A model generated the notes under the pieces. That model was not told where the DNA came from, did not search any database, and saw only the letters and a list, made by a program, of their open reading frames with translations. A stretch of 64,000 nt of DNA from the human T2T-CHM13v2.0 reference genome, Homo sapiens. The stretch lies in NCBI RefSeq assembly GCF_009914755.1, contig NC_060925.1. One strand, given 5' to 3'. Of this stretch, positions 47,672-62,413 are shown piece by piece. The position numbers and the translations under genes were made by a program. Positions within the stretch are counted from its first letter, which is position 1, and every line of letters starts with the position of its first letter.

Positions 47672-50600
47672 TCATTTTTCTTTAACCCTGTAAAATACAT
47701 GAACATACGCATACACAAGAAAGCATGTGTGCTCTCTTCAAATACACTGAAGTATAAACATGGAACAAAAATATTTCTCAGTATTACCACAAAGGAAACA
47801 ACAAAAGACAGTGAATTTAAATTAGAAAATCCTAAAGGTACAATATAAGAACTCGCTAATAACTATAGCTGCAGCAAAAAAAAAAAAAAAAAGTGCTAAA
47901 ATAAACACTAGTAATGCTTAAGTTTCAAGTCTCATGAAATCAAGGAGAAAAGGTAAAATGAACTACCTTGAAATACTTAGAGCTTGTGAATGATTTTGAT
48001 AGATGATTTCTGAATTTCTTACTTCTTTATCTTCATATAAAGTGAGAAAGCAATATAAAAACATTTACTCAATGATCTGTATGATGATGAATCTAACATA
48101 ATGAATTTTTAAAAGATCTTTATCTTTTTCTTGTGTATTCCAGTGGATAAAACATTTTTTGTGGTTCAAGACTTTGCACATAGGTAATCCAACTATAATA
48201 CCTCACTTGTTAGAAAACAATCTTGAAATATAATCATATTTAGTCTGTAAAACTGTCAGAAAAAGAAATTATTATGGAAGCATAGTATTGAAAAAGCAAT
48301 TAAAATGTGACATGTTATACATAAAAATGCAAACTTTTATGAAAGTGTCAAATTTAATATTCAAGTAATATGCCAGTTTAGAAAAATGTTGTCAAAATAT
48401 GATACCAAGTTCCTTTCTCCTTGATGAAGTTAAAGCTTATTAATTACATGGGGTGATATGTGTATAGATATTTTGATCATTATGCATATGTATCTTTAAA
48501 CCTAATTTTGGCCACTGAATTAAAAGCCCACATTAAGGTTAAAGATACATATGCATAAATAAGTTTATTTCATACATGTCCAAACTGGTCATTCACTCAT
48601 CTCACATAAAACTTTAATAAAATAAAATAAAATAAAATTCTAAACGTTTCATTTTACCAGAAGGTATATTTTGTGCAATCACATCTTTAATACTTATCAT
48701 TTACATTTGTTAGATTATAATTTAGACATTATAGGCTTTAATTTCAGAATTTGAAATAATGCAAAACCCACTTAGAGGTGATTTTAGTCTTTTTTATCAT
48801 ATATTTTATTCCAAGATATAACATACATCTTTGACTTAAGTAATGGTATTCTATGCAAATCTGTATAAGAGTGTTCAGATGACTTTTATCAGCCCATAAA
48901 GTTTTTTAATAGAAACACACTGTTTGCTTTTGACAGACACTGATAAAATTTCAGTCTATGTGTAGTCACTCTAACCAAACTACTTCCCAATCTTTAACTG
49001 AGTTATTAATACATACTTTGAACTCAGTAACTTTTTGAGTTCTCAAAGCACGTATCTATTACTACACTGAGACTGTTCCATCTAGACAAAAGGATCCTGT
49101 GGGTGTCCTGAGATCTGTGGGTCTGTTTCAAGGTGTGTCAGTTACAATTCCCAATAGACTCAAAAGCAGGAGGGTCCCAAATAAGTCAATGTCTGTAAGC
49201 CTAACAAATCCAATTTATTGACTCACGTATGTAACAACTACTTATTGTTTGCCCATTTTATCAGTTTCTGAGCTCTGCATTGACATACATACAGAGAGTT
49301 CAGTGGCTAGATCTTTTCCATCTAGGAGTTCACAGTCTAGCTGAGTAAAAAGAGGTATGATAATAGCCTGAGGGAAGCCCAACTCCCACTCTTGCACTTT
49401 TATTTATGTTTTCCATTTCTGCTTGTGTTTCTGCTCAGTCTGGCTCTCTTCCACTGGTCTGTAATCAGAATTTGGAATTGAGTTGAAGTTAAATAGGCTT
49501 TTGGGCTAATCTTTTGGAAGAGTATTTATTTCTGTCTTGTACTCTGATTGTTCAAATTTTGAAGTTGATGCCCTGCTCTTCAAACACTACAGCTTGATAA
49601 TTTTTTAATTGGAAGTATAAGTAAACATGTCCATATTATATTTTGAAATTATACATTTTATGCAATTAATAGCAAATTAATTAATTGAAAATACTTAAAA
49701 TTTATTTTATCTTTCTATATAGAATAGATCTTTTCTTAAGAGTGTTTTAATTTTCTCCATAATGTATAAGCATGGTTCATGACTGGCATTTGTATACTCA
49801 GCATTTCTGAACTTCAATGAAAATGCTTACAGGTAGCAAAATTTCTAGCTAAACTTTGTTTTTGCTGTAAGGTCACTTAGGTTTCAATGATTAAAAATGC
49901 TCAAGGATGCACTTCATATTAATCTTGGGAGGGCATAGATTGACTGACCTCTGTTGAAATTAAATATAATTTAAAAGGCTACATTATTCTTAAAAGTGAC
50001 TTTATTAAAATTTGTTCATGCTTAAGTTATTTTTCACCTCATTGCCCTTATATGTATTTCTTGTTTCAATTTAATACATTATGTGTTCTATAAGAAGAAC
50101 ATTGATAAATGTATTTGAACTGAAAATGTTTTTATAACAGTAACAAGAAAAAAAAATAGCAGCCTCAATCCATGTCCTTTCAGGACACATGAACGTAGGC
50201 AATGCTTGTTTTAGTAAAAACTCAGCATAATTTGGGAATGCTTTCATGAAGCTTCAGAACACTTTCTGAGTCTCTCTTTCTTCATTTATAAAGTGGTTAC
50301 CAAAATATAACTTTCATTGTTTTAATATAGAATTACATAAATTTATGTATACAAAAAACATAAAATGATATCTCAAGAAGTGTAATTGTTTTCTCCTTGC
50401 TCAAGTTACATAGTTACATTTTCCTTCTCAGACAGTCCACTTTTGAATTTCAATGGATTGATGTTGGTCTTGTCCTTCTTGTGTAGTTAGTCTACTATAA
50501 TCTTGCTCATGATAGTCCCTTTTGGCCTCTTGGCCTCTTTATTGTCTGACAGTCAGAAATTCCATCTCTGTTAGGACCCAGTAGCATATCAGAAAATGTT

Positions 50601-51337
50601 TTTCAGAAACTGTATAATTTTCTACTGCAGATCACCTGGATTTACTCCAGAACACCAAAAGCCTGCGTTTTCTTTCCTCTGCTGAGGCTGGCCGTAAACT
50701 CCATATGATACTTTTATTTTTCACTACCAATATCCCTTATTAACATAGCCCAAGAGGCAGAAGTACTTGCATTACAGCCTGGAACTGTACACCCAGGATC
50801 TGAGGAAAAGACAGGGTAGAAGAATTAAGGATCCTCCACCAACACCCCTACTTCAGGCCTTGGACCCTTGCTCATATGCATTACTAAACAAGTGCAGTCT
50901 ACCAATGGAGGAGTGAAAGGAGGACTGAAAGAGGCCCTTAGTAGCAGACAGACGGAGTCAGCTGAAATGTGAGAGCACTGAGGAAACCCTCTGGTGTACC
51001 ACGCCTCCTAAATGTATGAAACTGGAGCAGTTGACTACTAGGTAATGAAGCCTTTGGTGTGCTCAATTAGCAGAAAACCCTATGCCCGGCTTTACTACAA
51101 ACTAGACTGATTCAACACCTCAATGTAATGACCTGATAGATGAGGCATGCCCATTTCTAGGCATAAATATAATTATAATTTTTGATGATTAGAAATACAT
51201 CTTTAGTAAAACTCACTGGCTATATCATTATGCACTCATGATAATTTGCATATCAATATAATTATTAATATTAACATAATTATCTCCATTTCAAATCAAT
51301 CAATTGATCAGTCAATCTCATGCTCTCTTTTTCGCCC

Positions 51338-51701
51338 CAGATGATCTCTGAGGTACAATGGTTTGACTTAAAGATTTTTCAAAAGTTAAGGTGCAAAAGT
51401 CACATGTAAAGTAGAAATCGTACTTCAAGTACCCATAAAACCATTCTGTTTTTGACTTTCAGTACAGTATGCAATTAATTACATGAGATAGTAAATAATT
51501 TATTATACAATAAGATTTGTGCTATATGATTTTGTTTAATTGTAGGCTAATGTAAGTGTTCTGAGTATATTTAAGTTAGGCTAGGCTAAGCTATGATGGT
51601 TGGTATGTTAGGTCGATTAAATTCATTTTTGACTTTGATGTTTTAAACTTATAATAGGTATATCAGGATATAAACCCATTGTAAGTCAAACAACATGTCT
51701 A
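51338..51701 (-). mobile_element. MER47A-like DNA transposon (TcMar-Tigger)
   Basis: ctaggctaagctatgatg...gtaggctaatgtaagtgttctgag...aaacccattgtaagtc; about 365 bp. Confidence 0.8.
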
Positions 51702-51984
51702 TACAAGTGTGTGTATGTATCTCCATGTTTCTCACATACCTATGTGCTCTATACTTATAATATGGATGAAAACATTGATTTTTAGAACAAAGTACACAAG
51801 AAAGGAAATTCATTCAATTTTGTTTTCAGGACGACAAATTTTTAGTATTCCCCAAAATTACATATATTAATATTATGCTCCTCATCCAGTATCATCAGAA
51901 ATCAAGTAAATGAACCCTGATTTCAGGCCTGATTTCATCATGGATTCTAAATTGCAATCAAAGACAAGACTGATTTTTTTTTTC

Positions 51985-54510
51985 AGATCTATTGAAGCAG
52001 AGTTAACATAAAATAAACTGTACTTATATAAGCAGTGCAATTTGATGTTTTGATATTTGTATATGCCTATAAAACTATCACCAGAACAAAACTTCCTCTT
52101 GACTTTAGTTTTATTGTCCTTTCCTATTTTCGTCCTCACCCAAGGCAAGCCGTGAACTGCTTTCTGTGACAATAAAGCATAGAAAAATTTGTATTTTATA
52201 GAATTTTATATGAATGGGTTTATAAGTACTGAACTCTTTTCTGTCTGGTTTCCTTCACTCGGCAAAATTATTTTGAGAATGATTCATGCTGTTCTGAAGA
52301 TCAATAGTTCATTTCTTTTTATTGCTGATTTACCACAGTTGTTTATTCATTCAACTATTGATGAAATTTGGAACAGTTTTCTTTTTGAGTAAACTATAAA
52401 TAAAGCTGTTCTGAACTTTTGTGTATAAGTTTTTATTGAGACATAGGCTTTCATTTATCTTTGGAAAATACCTAGGATTGCAATGACTGGATCATAAGGC
52501 AGGAGTATGTTTAAATTTTTGAGAAACTGCTAAACTATTTTCTAAAGAGTTTGCAAAATTTAGTTCTAGTCATTCCCATCTTCTCCAACACTTGGTATGG
52601 TGTTGGAGGCATTTAGCAGGCATTCTGATATTATATGTTGATATCTCATTATGATTTAATTTGCATTACTCTAAGACTATTTATATTTGTGGCTTATAAA
52701 GATTATTTGATGAATTATCTTTTGTTTTCATAAATCTGCTCATTTTTTGTGTGCAACACCTCTTATTTTATGTTTTTATAGTGCTTTATATATTCTGGAT
52801 ACAAGTCTTTTATAGAATATTTAATTTGCAAATACTTTCTCTAAATTTGTGTCTTTTTTTTTTTAAGTTCTAGGGTACATGTGCAGGATGTGCAGATTTG
52901 TTACATAGGTAAACGTGTGCCATGGTGGTTTGCTACACCTACAAACTATCACCTAGGCATTAAGCCCAGCATACATTAGCTATTTTTTCCGATGCTTTCC
53001 CTCTCTCTGCCCCTCCCCAACAGGTCCCAGTGTGTGTTGTTCCCCTCCCTGTGTCTGTGTGTTCTCATTGTTCAGCTCCTACTTACAAGTGAAAACATGT
53101 GGTGTTTGGTTTTCTGTTCCTGCCTTAGTTTTCTGAGCATAATGGATTCCATCTTCATCCATGTACCTGAAAAGGACGTGATCTTGTTCCTTTTTATGAC
53201 TGCATATTATTCCATGGTGTATATGTACCACATTTTCTTTATGCAGTCTATCATTGATGAACATTTGGCTTGACTCCGTGTCTTTGTTATTGTGAATAGT
53301 GCTGCAATGAACATACACGTCTGCGTATCTTTACAATAGAATGATTTATATTCCTTTGGGTATATACCCAGTAATGGGATTGCTGGGTCAAATGGTATTT
53401 CTGATTCTAGGTCTTTCTGGAATCACCACACTGTCTTCAACAATGTTTGAACTAATTTATATTTTCACCAACAGCGTAAAAGTATTCCTATTTATCTGCA
53501 GCCTCATCAGCATCTCTTGTTTCTTGATTTTTAAAAATCGCCATTCTGACTGGGGTGAGATGGTATCTCAATGTCGCTTTGATTTGCATTTCTTTAATGA
53601 CCAGTGATGAGTTTTTTTTTTTTCATATGTTTGTTGGCTGCATAAATGTTGTATTTTGAGAAGTGTCTGCTCATGTCCTTTGCCCACCTTTTAATGAGTT
53701 TTTTGCTTTTTTCTTGTAAAGTTGTTTAAGCTTTTGTAGACTCTGGATATTAGACCTTTGTCAGATGGATAGGTCACAAAAATTTTCTCCCATTATGTAG
53801 GTTGTCTGTTCACTCTGATGATAGGTTCTTTTGCTGTGCAAAACCTTTTTAGTTTAATTAAATCCCATTTGTCAGTTTTTGCTTTTCTTGCAATTGCTTT
53901 TGGTGTTTTTGTCATGAAATCTTTGCCCAGGCCTATGTCTTGAATGGCATCACCTAGATTTTCTTCTAGGGTTTTTATAGTTTTGGGATTAAGTCTTTAA
54001 TCCATCTTGAGTTAATTTTTGCATATGGTGTAAGAAAGGGGTCCAATTTCAATTTTCTGCATATGGCTAGCCAGTTCTCCCAGCACCATTTATCAAGAAG
54101 AGAATCCTTTCCCCAATGCTTGCTTTTGTCAGGTTTGTCGAAGATCAAAGATCAGATGGTTGTAGATGTGTGGTCATATTTTTGAGTTCTCTATTCTGTT
54201 CCGTTGGTCTATGTGTCTGTTTTTGTGCCAGTATCATGTTGTTTTGGTTTCTGTAGCCTTGTAGTGTAGTTTGAAGTTGGGTAGTGTGATCCCTCCAGCT
54301 TTAAGAACAGAGGTCTTAATTTTGATGTTTTATGCAATGTATACATTTTGTCTCTGTGGATCCTGTTTTAGGTATTATCTCGAGGGTATCTTTTGCTTAC
54401 TGGAGAACAATAAAAATCCTCTTATATTTACTTTTAGATGGGTTATAGATTTTAGGTTTTACATTAATGTTTACTAACCATTTTGTATTCATTTCTCTTT
54501 ATGATGCAAA
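51985..54510 (-). mobile_element. Old L1M (L1MC/MD-like) 3' region hosting a younger L1PA
   Basis: gaatgattcatgctgtt...tagttcatttctttttattgctga...cctaggattgcaatgactggatc; resumes at 54303 aagaacagaggtcttaattttgatg. Confidence 0.7.
52854..54302 (-). mobile_element. 5'-truncated L1PA8/L1PA10-like
   Basis: gtacatgtgcaggatgtgcagatttgttacataggtaaacgtgtgccatggtggtttgc...cacctaggcattaagcccagc. Confidence 0.88.
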
Positions 54511-55079
54511 GGTGAATATACAAGAGTAGGCAGTTTTTGCAGGCTCAGCAAGTCAACAGAATTCTGAAAACCTAAGATTCTGATGAACCTATTCAATATA
54601 TAAGTAGCCCATTTATTCTCAATCAAGGCCCTTGTTCTAAAGAGATTTGCCTCAGTTGGATGCTCAGATAATCTTTGGTCTCAGCCTTAAGTGTGATTCT
54701 CTTGGCCTTAAGGCTCACTGGCTTACTGTGGCAGGAAATATGTGTCACCAAGAAAGTCCTCTGGCTCTCACATTTAGCCTTTACTTTTCAATTAATTAGT
54801 TTTAACTTTTAGTGAACTTTTTCAGAGTTTAATCAAAATATACAGTAGCTTCGAAGTTCTATTGTATTTCTAGGTAACATGCTCCCCTTCCTTCTCAAAT
54901 GTCTGACATATAATTCCTGCTAATATATTTCTTTCTGTCATCCTAGCTTACTAATTATAAAGACAGAAAAGAATACAAAGCTGCCTTGTGCTCCAGCTAC
55001 TAGCCAGACATAGGGTCTTTATTGTCAGTAGCATGTCATCCAGCTACAAAATCTCGTTCCAGAGTCTGCTTATTCAGCT

Positions 55080-55275
55080 CACGCCTGGAAATGTCTGCAG
55101 ATTTGGTTTTTATATATTAGATGATTTATTATGTAATGTCATGAGAATAACATCTGTGGAATGAAGGGAAAAATTATTTGGCAGAAGCTGAGCTCCAAAG
55201 CAGATTCAATAGACACCTTTACTGTCTCTATAGGGAGTTCTAAAGTTGGGAGGTTACTTTAGAGTATTCCCAAAT
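55080..55275 (-). mobile_element. Ancient ERVL-type LTR relic (LTR33-like)
   Basis: aacatctgtgg...ggcagaagctgagct...gggagttctaaagttgggagg...agagtattccc resembles recalled LTR33. Confidence 0.4.
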
Positions 55276-55557
55276 TTTGATATTCAGTTACACTAATACT
55301 TTCCTTTCCAGTGTACTATTCTAAAATGAGATTCAGAACATTAAAAGTTGAAATTTTGCCAACTGAAACATGATTAGTCTGCATCTATGCCATGTAATTT
55401 ATTTTTTGTTAAACCCTCTGGAGGATACAGTTATTTTATGTCCTAGCTTATCAATATTGAGATAATAAAGTTAATAAGGAAATAAAAGGAGTAAGTTAAG
55501 GGCCTATTTCCAGAGAGACATTTCATTGAAGTCTATTTATTTTCTAGAAATTTATTG

Positions 55558-55562
<5 letters not shown>

Positions 55563-55607
<45 letters not shown>
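55563..55607. repeat. (CA)n microsatellite, about 22 units
   Basis: Direct sequence. Confidence 0.95.
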
Positions 55608-55611
<4 letters not shown>

Positions 55612-56607
55612 TACACAAAGACAAAATCAGGTAGAATGTACAAATGTGTCAGGGAAATATATAGTCTATGGAATTGCTCTTACGCTAGTGGCTTGAGAGC
55701 CATTTCTTCCATATAATCTGCCATGGGAAGCATTTGTTATATTCTGTCTTAGGCTCAAAGTATTAAGCATAAGTATTATTAGTAGTATTATTACAGTAGT
55801 ATTAATTCAAAGTCAAAATTATAAATTATCATTTGCAATCTTTTTTGTGGTTTGGTTTTTGATAATGTAAGCTTTTTGCTACACAGGTTTATAATTTTTG
55901 CATATATTCTTGAGATATTGGTCTATATTCATTTTAAAAATTATATTTATCAGATTTTGGTAACTAAGCACCATAAATACGTTATGGAGCTTTAATAATT
56001 CTTTTACCTAGAATACTTTAATATATCATTAGGTGCTAGAATTAGGCGTGAAATCATTAATTCCGATAACTTTTAAAAATGCTTTCAGTCCTTTCTGAGG
56101 AAATTGGATATTCAAATAATCTATCTTCTGGTTACCTTTTAAAAATTATAATTTTATGGGGAATCATATATTTCCTGTAGCACTTAAAATTAGCCATATG
56201 TAGAATTATATAATAATTTATTTTTAATTTACTATGGCTGTCTTTGCCCTTTAAAATTTATTTTATATATGTTTTTGTTTTTAAAATCTCATAAGAGATT
56301 AGCTTCTGTATGTTTTCAAAATAATAATCTTCTTCAATATTTATCTATTCTTTCTATTCTTCGTGTATCTTCCATTTTATTAATGTCTACCTTTATATTT
56401 ATTAATTTATTCATTTACACTATATTAAATTATGCTTTTTTTACTTTTAACATATAGTAAGCTCCTTCATATTAAATATATTTTATATGATAATAAACAC
56501 TATAAGGAATTACTTTTTGCCAACTACAAAAGAAATGTTATAATAATGTTTTATGTAAATTATCAAAATTTTTCCAATAAAAGACTTAATTCAACCTCAT
56601 TTCTTTC

Positions 56608-56786
56608 TTTCTTTCTTTCTTTTTTTTTTTTTCCTGAGATGGATTCTTGCTCTGTCACCCAGCATAGAGTGAAGTGGTGTGGTCTCGGCTCACTGCAACC
56701 TCTGCCTCCCGGGTTCAAGCAATTCTCATGCCTCAGCCCCCTGAGTAGCTGGTATCACAGGCGCCTGCTACCTTGCCCAGCTATTT

Positions 56787-56818
<32 letters not shown>

Positions 56819-56924
56819 TGTATTTTTAGTAGAGACAGGATTTCACCATGTTGGTCAGGCTGGTCTCAAACTCCTGACCTCAAGTGATCCTCCCGCCTCG
56901 GCCTTCCAAAATGCTAGGATTACA
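56608..56924 (-). mobile_element. AluS, 5'-truncated by about 24 nt
   Basis: Ends at gctaggattaca; TSD caacctcatttctttc (56592) / caacctcacttatttc (56925). Confidence 0.92.
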
Positions 56925-58384
56925 CAACCTCACTTATTTCTGGACACACACAACACAAACACACACACACAAAGTGAAACACAAAAACACACAACAAATA
57001 ACTAGGTATTTTTAAAGTTAACTTTCCCTTGCTGTGTTTCCTTACTTTTTTTATATGCTCGATATGACTAATTATAAAACAGGTACATCAATATGTACTG
57101 CTTTTATACCTTTTATGGCTAGGGGAAATAAATATGTATAGTTTTAAGATGTAATGTTCTTTTTTAGTTTTTAATATTATAAATAAAAGCTTTCTCATAT
57201 TTAACATTAACTTAGAAAACTTTTTTCTATTGATATAAACCAAATCGTATTTTTTAAAAACGATAATGTCCATTTAATGTGATAACTATGTTATTAATTT
57301 AATGGACTAAAGTACAATTAAATTTTAGTTTAATTGATAACCTAATTATTAGACTTATTTACCATGTACCAAATATATTTGTAGATATAAAGCACAATAA
57401 ATTATAGGTAAATAAAATGCATTTCTATAATATGATATATATAAATATGTAGATAACAGAAAATTATTTTAAAATATCTATTATAAATAATAGGGAATAC
57501 ATTACTTTTTTATATTTGAGTATATGTACATAATATACAATCACTTACTACATATTATGTATTCACATGTATATATATGTAAAATGTAACCATATTACGT
57601 ACTAATATGTGCATGCAGTATTTGTGCTATATTTGTATAGTTTAAATAGTGATATCAATGTCACATATTTTAACACTGCAATTTCTTAATTGCCAAGCCT
57701 TACAATCTTAGGCAGCTAAAACATTTTCTGCTTAAATATAGCATAATTCAAATACTGTATCTCACATTCATAATGAAGTAATTAATTCATAATGAAGTTG
57801 TTAATATGAAAATATTTAACACAGTAAAATTATCTTTCACCTTTCCACTTAAAACCGTAAGTTCAATATGTGACTTCTTTTAATTATTGAATTTTGTGTA
57901 ACACATAGAGATATTAACCTTAAATTACCATAAATTTATCAAAAATAAGGGATTTTTTTCATTTAAAATTTAAAGATATTTATCAAATGAAAGGGAGAGA
58001 TTGTCACTTATGTCAGAGCTGAAGTCAGTGAACCAAACTTTCAGGATGATAATATTGCCACTTATTTATCAGAGATTTGAGACCATTATGGGGGACTGTA
58101 GAGCTCTATCTATACATGGAATTCTACTTTAACACCACATTTTTTATTTGACATTCAGCCAGTTTTCTTTTGTAATTCGGATATATTTGGAATCCGCATC
58201 TCATTAGAATGTTGTTCCAAGTTGCTGTAGTACTTATATGACTTCTGCATTCATTTCATATTTTTCGACTAGTTCACATTCTAGTTACGTTCATAAGATC
58301 AGGTTTTCTTCTCATATTTGGCTCATGACCATCAGTGGATAATCCTTCTAATAAGAAGGTATATTAAAATTTTCCACAGCAATT

Positions 58385-59232
58385 TATTTTCTTTTGTAAG
58401 TTCAAATTTTATATTAGCTTCAGTTGGTACATGTGCAGGCTTGTTAAAAGGGTATATTGTATGATGCTGAGGTTTGGGGTACAGATGATCACATCACCCA
58501 GGTAGTGAACAGTACCGAATAGGTAATTTTTTGGCCCACACTGCCTCCCTTCTCCCCCCTAGTAGTCCTAAATATCCATTGTTCCCATGTTTATGTCCAT
58601 GTGTACCCAATAATTAGCTCCCACTTATAAGTGAGAATATATGGTGTTTGTTTTTCTGTTCCAACGTTAATTCGCTTAGGATAATGGCCTCCAGCTGCAT
58701 CCATGTTGCTGCAAACTCATTATTTTTTATGGCTGTGTAGTATTCCATGATGTGTATGTACCACATTTCCTTTATCCAATCTACTATTGATGGGAAACTA
58801 GGTTGTCTCCAAGTCACCTATTGGGAATAGTGCAGCAATGAACATAAAAGTGTGTCTTTTTGGTAAAATGATTTATTTCCCTTTGGGTATATACCCAGTA
58901 ATGACATTGTTGGGTCAAATGTTAGCTCTATTTTGAGTTATTTGAGAAATCTTCAAACTACTTTCCATAGTGGCTGAGCTAATTTGCATTTCCACCAACA
59001 GTGTATAAGCAATCCCTTTTCTCTGCAGCCTCACCAGTGTCTGTTATTTTTTGACTTTTTAATAAGAGACATTCTGACTGGTGTGAGACAATATCTAATT
59101 GTAATTTTCATTTGCATTTCTCTGATAACTAGTGATGTTGAGCATTTTTTATGTTTGTTGGCTAATAGTATGTCCTCTTTTCAGAATTGTCTGTTCACAT
59201 CTTTTGCACACTTTTAATGGAGTTTTTTTGTG
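58385..59232 (-). mobile_element. L1PA17/L1PB4-like 3' end
   Basis: ggtacatgtgcagg...gggtatattgtatgatgctgaggtttgggg...tcacccaggtagtga. Confidence 0.82.
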
Positions 59233-60094
59233 ATTTCTATTACAGATTTTCCATTCCTTACTTATACTTTAACTTTTCCTTGACTCAAAATCAAACTTAT
59301 AATTATACAAAAAAGCAATTTAAAATTTCCCCCAACCTGGATGTTGTTTTTCTTTACTACTTTCTCTCTTCAGTACAATAATACTTTTGGAATATTTCAT
59401 TTTCCTAGTCTTTTTTCAACTCTCAAATCACTCTCTCGGCCACCACAATTCTGAGGTTTTTCTGCTAGGGAATATCAATATTAAATTAATCATTGAGATG
59501 ACACTTATTAAAAGGTCCTAATTTAAAACTTATAATACACATCCCCAGAAGAGTTTTTTATTATGGTTTTGGTTCAATCGTACATTGTAAATATAGAGTT
59601 AAAATATGTGTTATTTCAAAATATATTTCAAGATTCATTTTTCACAGGGTTTTCACCTAGTTTCTTCTCCTATTTTGAGATTTCCAGTTTTGACTTTAGT
59701 TGGTAGGTTAGATTTGTTTCCTTAATATTTCTTCTCAAATAAGATGTGTGGATTATATATTCTCTGAGTACTTGTATCTCAAGATGATCACCCTGGATGA
59801 AAGTTTAGCTTATCATTTTTGCATTTCCAGAAGAATATTTCTGTAGATTTTCTAGCTGGTGTGGCAATCAGTTTTTCTCCTATGTAAATAACCTGTTCTT
59901 TCTCTCTTTAGGCTTACAGGATTCTATACATATATACGTATACAGTTTCTATACAGAATATAGAAAAGAAACAAAAATAATTTATTTTGTTTTTGAAATT
60001 CTTTTATTTACATATTACAACTTTTGTAGGCACCTGTCAAGTCCTTTTACTTATTCATAATTATTTTTTCCTTACTTTTTTGTTATTTTGTATT

Positions 60095-60580
60095 TGAAAC
60101 TGACTCATGGAACTGATGTTTGGAGTTTCTTTTGAATAAACATAGAAATTGACCCTCCCTGTCTTGAAACTGGAGAAAGTTATGTTTGTCTTATCTGAGT
60201 TCCTTTCTCAATAAATCGACCATCAAGGCCCTCAGATAGTATCAAGGAACTGAAACTTACCAGATCATCACACCTGAACAATGAGATATCAGACCTCTCA
60301 GCCATCATGATTGCCTAAGTGATCACCTGAATCCTGTTGAACAACTCCTCTTACCCCTCCTTAAATCCTACTTTTCTGTATGTAATTATATTTTTTCCAT
60401 GCTAAATAAACCCCTAATTTTAGAAAGTCAGGGAGATAGATTGAGACTAATCTCCTATCTCCTTGGCTGCAGCACCCAGTTAAAGCCTTCTTCTCTGGTA
60501 ACACTCATTGTCTCAATGATTGGCTTTCTATGTGGTGAGAGTAGCAGGACCTAGACTGAACCCCTGGCATCTAACTAACG
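60095..60580 (+). mobile_element. LOR1-like ERV1 solo LTR
   Basis: tgaaactgac...taaacatagaaattgaccc...tatctgagttcc...gaactgaaacttaccagatc...ggctgcagcaccc...taacg; 4-bp TSD tatt/tatc. Confidence 0.85.
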
Positions 60581-62111
60581 TATCTTTGGATATTTCTTCC
60601 AGCAATGGTCTAGGTCTTTATTTGGCATCTTAGTAGTGTCTGTTCTCTCAATTAACCTAAAGAAATTTTTATATAAACATTTCAGAATGTCATTTAGATA
60701 CATTTAATGCATTTCCATGGGGGAATTTGCAGTTTGTTTTATTATTTTTATCATTCATCAACTACATTTTAGAAGCATATATTTTTTTCTTCTCCCATTT
60801 AGCTTTTGACTCTATTTAGTGATGTACTTATTTTCATCTGAATTCACTGTGGTCCAGTCCAAACTCGTTGGCTACTTTAAATAGTGGAAGTCTGGTGCAA
60901 GATGCTCTACCCATAGAGGTAAGAATGAGATCTGATTACCCAAACCCTGTTCATTTAAGCACCAATAATTCTGATATAAAATTCCCATGAGCCACATTGC
61001 TAGAAACACTGGGTTACATAGAGCTGTATATATACACCATAGATAGAGAGAGGGGAGAAAAATAAAAATAAAATACTATCAATTCATTAAACTGTGAGTG
61101 ACTATGTGCAATAAAAATCTAGGGCCTGGTTCATATCTTAGCCACAATTTTTGTTGTTTTTATCTTAAAATATTCGTTCAGCATTACAGTGAATCTTATA
61201 TTTTCGTCAATTGTCCTAGATAAATGGAACATGTTCAGAATTTTCACAATTTATTTTCCACTGTCTTGTAGGTATCTTCTTTTTGTATACTTAAATGTGA
61301 AAACATTAGAAAATCCAGAAATTATAACAAAACATTATTTTAAATAACTTGCTTTATTTAAGAATATGTAGGCTTTTTTGTCGGTGTTTTACTATAAACA
61401 AGTAATTATATTTTACAATAATCTTATTGTGAGGAATAGACTAAATGGACATGCAGGAACCAAAATTACTCTTCTTCACTCATAATAAAATTCTTTGCAT
61501 CAGTGCAAGTTGGGTCATTTAAGTGTTAGAAACTAATTCCTTGAAGTACCCCATTGTAATCTTTCATAATAAAAGGAGTATCATTTTGGCATGCTGAGCT
61601 GAAGGGAAAATGCAAGACATGAAAAGCAGAACAGATGATAACGGGTTTTTCTACTCACTGCTATTATTGTAAAGTAAATAGGCTAGCTTAATGTCTTGAA
61701 GCTGTTGATGACATTTTTTCCAAGTACTTGAACATTAAATGTCTGTCTGGTAATACCCTAAGGAAAATTTTTAAATGCAATGACCTCTTGAAAGATCATC
61801 ATAAAAATCATTCTTAATTAGATTTAGGAAATCAATTTAAGTATCTATGTAAATCAAATTTTATGTAATGCCATGTTGAATGCATGGTCAGGTAAGTCTT
61901 AAGAAATAATATATATTATCTTCCAAAGCAGCCTCCTTAACCAGTAAGTATTAAAATTGATTTCATACAAAGAGGAATATTTATTATTTCAAGTGTCTCA
62001 AGATTTAAATTAAACATTAATCTCTATAAATGATAGTAATATGATTTGACATAATCACAAATAGCATAGGCATGATTGCCAATGTCATTTTAAAACTATG
62101 GACAATAAAGG

Positions 62112-62413
62112 GGCCAGTCGTGGTGGCTTACGCCTATAATGCCAACACTTTGGGAGGTTGAGACAGGAGGATTGCTTGAACTCAGGAGTTTGAGACCAGC
62201 CTGGACAACATAGTAGGTCTTTGTCTCTACAAAAAAATTGACAAAGCATGGTGATGTGTGCCTGTTTTCTTGGTTACTTGGGAAACTGAGGCAGGAGGAT
62301 CTCTGAAGCCTAGGCAATTGAGGCTACCGTGAACTACGATGGCACCACTTCACTCTAGCCTGTGTAACAGAGTGAGACCTTGTCTCAAATAAAATAAATA
62401 AATAAATAAATAA
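62112..62413 (+). mobile_element. AluJ
   Basis: ggaggattgcttgaactcaggagtttgagaccagcctggacaacatag; (TAAA)n tail; TSD-like gacaataaag/aacaatatag. Confidence 0.9.

Noticed and set aside
50530-51170. GC-richer patch, possibly an ERV-internal or L1M 5' relic
   Set aside because: Could not assign a family or boundaries confidently without a database search.
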